DNA from: a virus
Taxonomy: Duplodnaviria; Heunggongvirae; Uroviricota; Caudoviricetes
Strand: one strand, 5' to 3'
IMG/VR virus record: IMGVR_UViG_2728369593_000006
DNA length: 26,238 bases
Part shown: positions 26,183-26,238 of the stretch, piece by piece
Layout of the letters: each line of letters begins with the position of its first letter
How positions within the stretch are numbered: position 1 is the first letter of the stretch
Translations under genes and position numbers: made by a program
Notes under the pieces: generated by a model
Seen by the model: the letters and a program-made list of their open reading frames with translations, nothing else
What the model was told of the DNA's origin: nothing
The model's database searches: none

Positions 26183-26238
26183 ATGACACAGACAGAATCA
26201 GAGATTCTGGCGCACGCCCGGCGATGTGCGCCAGCGGA
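26183..26238 (+). CDS. K: Minor tail protein K, 5' end only (runs off the window)
   Basis: MTQTESEILAHARRCAPA matches the N-terminus of lambda gpK (MTQTESAILAHARRCAPA...). Confidence 0.6.
   Translation, partial: MTQTESEILAHARRCAPA

Larger units (their letters stand above)
1..26238. mobile_element. Lambdoid (lambda-like siphovirus) prophage/phage segment: immunity, replication, nin-like region, Q, morons, lysis, cos, head and tail genes; window ends inside tail gene K
   Basis: Gene order and protein identities listed below; lambda-like cosN at 12387-12403; homologues of lambda Z/U/V/G/T/H/M/L/K. Confidence 0.9.

Noticed and set aside
1-26238. CRISPR arrays, rRNA, integrase or attachment sites
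   Set aside because: No direct-repeat/spacer arrays or rRNA-like segments; the only tandem repeats are the intragenic iterons; the window begins inside the prophage at the immunity region and ends in tail genes, so the integration module is outside it.

Overview
This window is a 26.2-kb segment of a lambdoid (lambda-like, long-tailed) prophage or phage genome from an enterobacterial host. All calls rest on reading the six-frame translations and recalling protein families from memory; no searches were run. Left to right it holds: the immunity region (leftward CI-like repressor, rightward Cro-like and CII-like genes, operator-like palindromes); a translationally coupled early operon (wHTH/DnaT-like replication initiator with an intragenic iteron array, PerC/ANR-like regulator, Dam-type methyltransferase, LexA-DNA-binding-domain-only protein, RusA, KilA-N protein, DUF968/HNH-like protein); antiterminator Q with a downstream terminator; an AT-rich cargo (moron) cassette between Q and the lysis genes (reverse-strand lipoprotein, small wHTH ORF, orphan DPPY DNA methyltransferase); a phage-21-type lysis cassette (pinholin, SAR endolysin, Rz/Rz1); a lambda-like cosN; then terminase, W-like, portal, a protease-major capsid fusion, head completion genes and lambda-like tail genes Z, U, V, G, T, H, M, L and the start of K. 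The most striking feature is that at least six conserved genes (CI repressor, rusA, KilA-N, terminase large subunit, W-like, tail gene L; possibly DUF968) are interrupted by single-base indels at short homopolymers. This looks more like sequencing or assembly error than a decayed prophage, but it cannot be settled from sequence alone. No tRNA, rRNA, CRISPR array, integrase or attachment site was found in the window.
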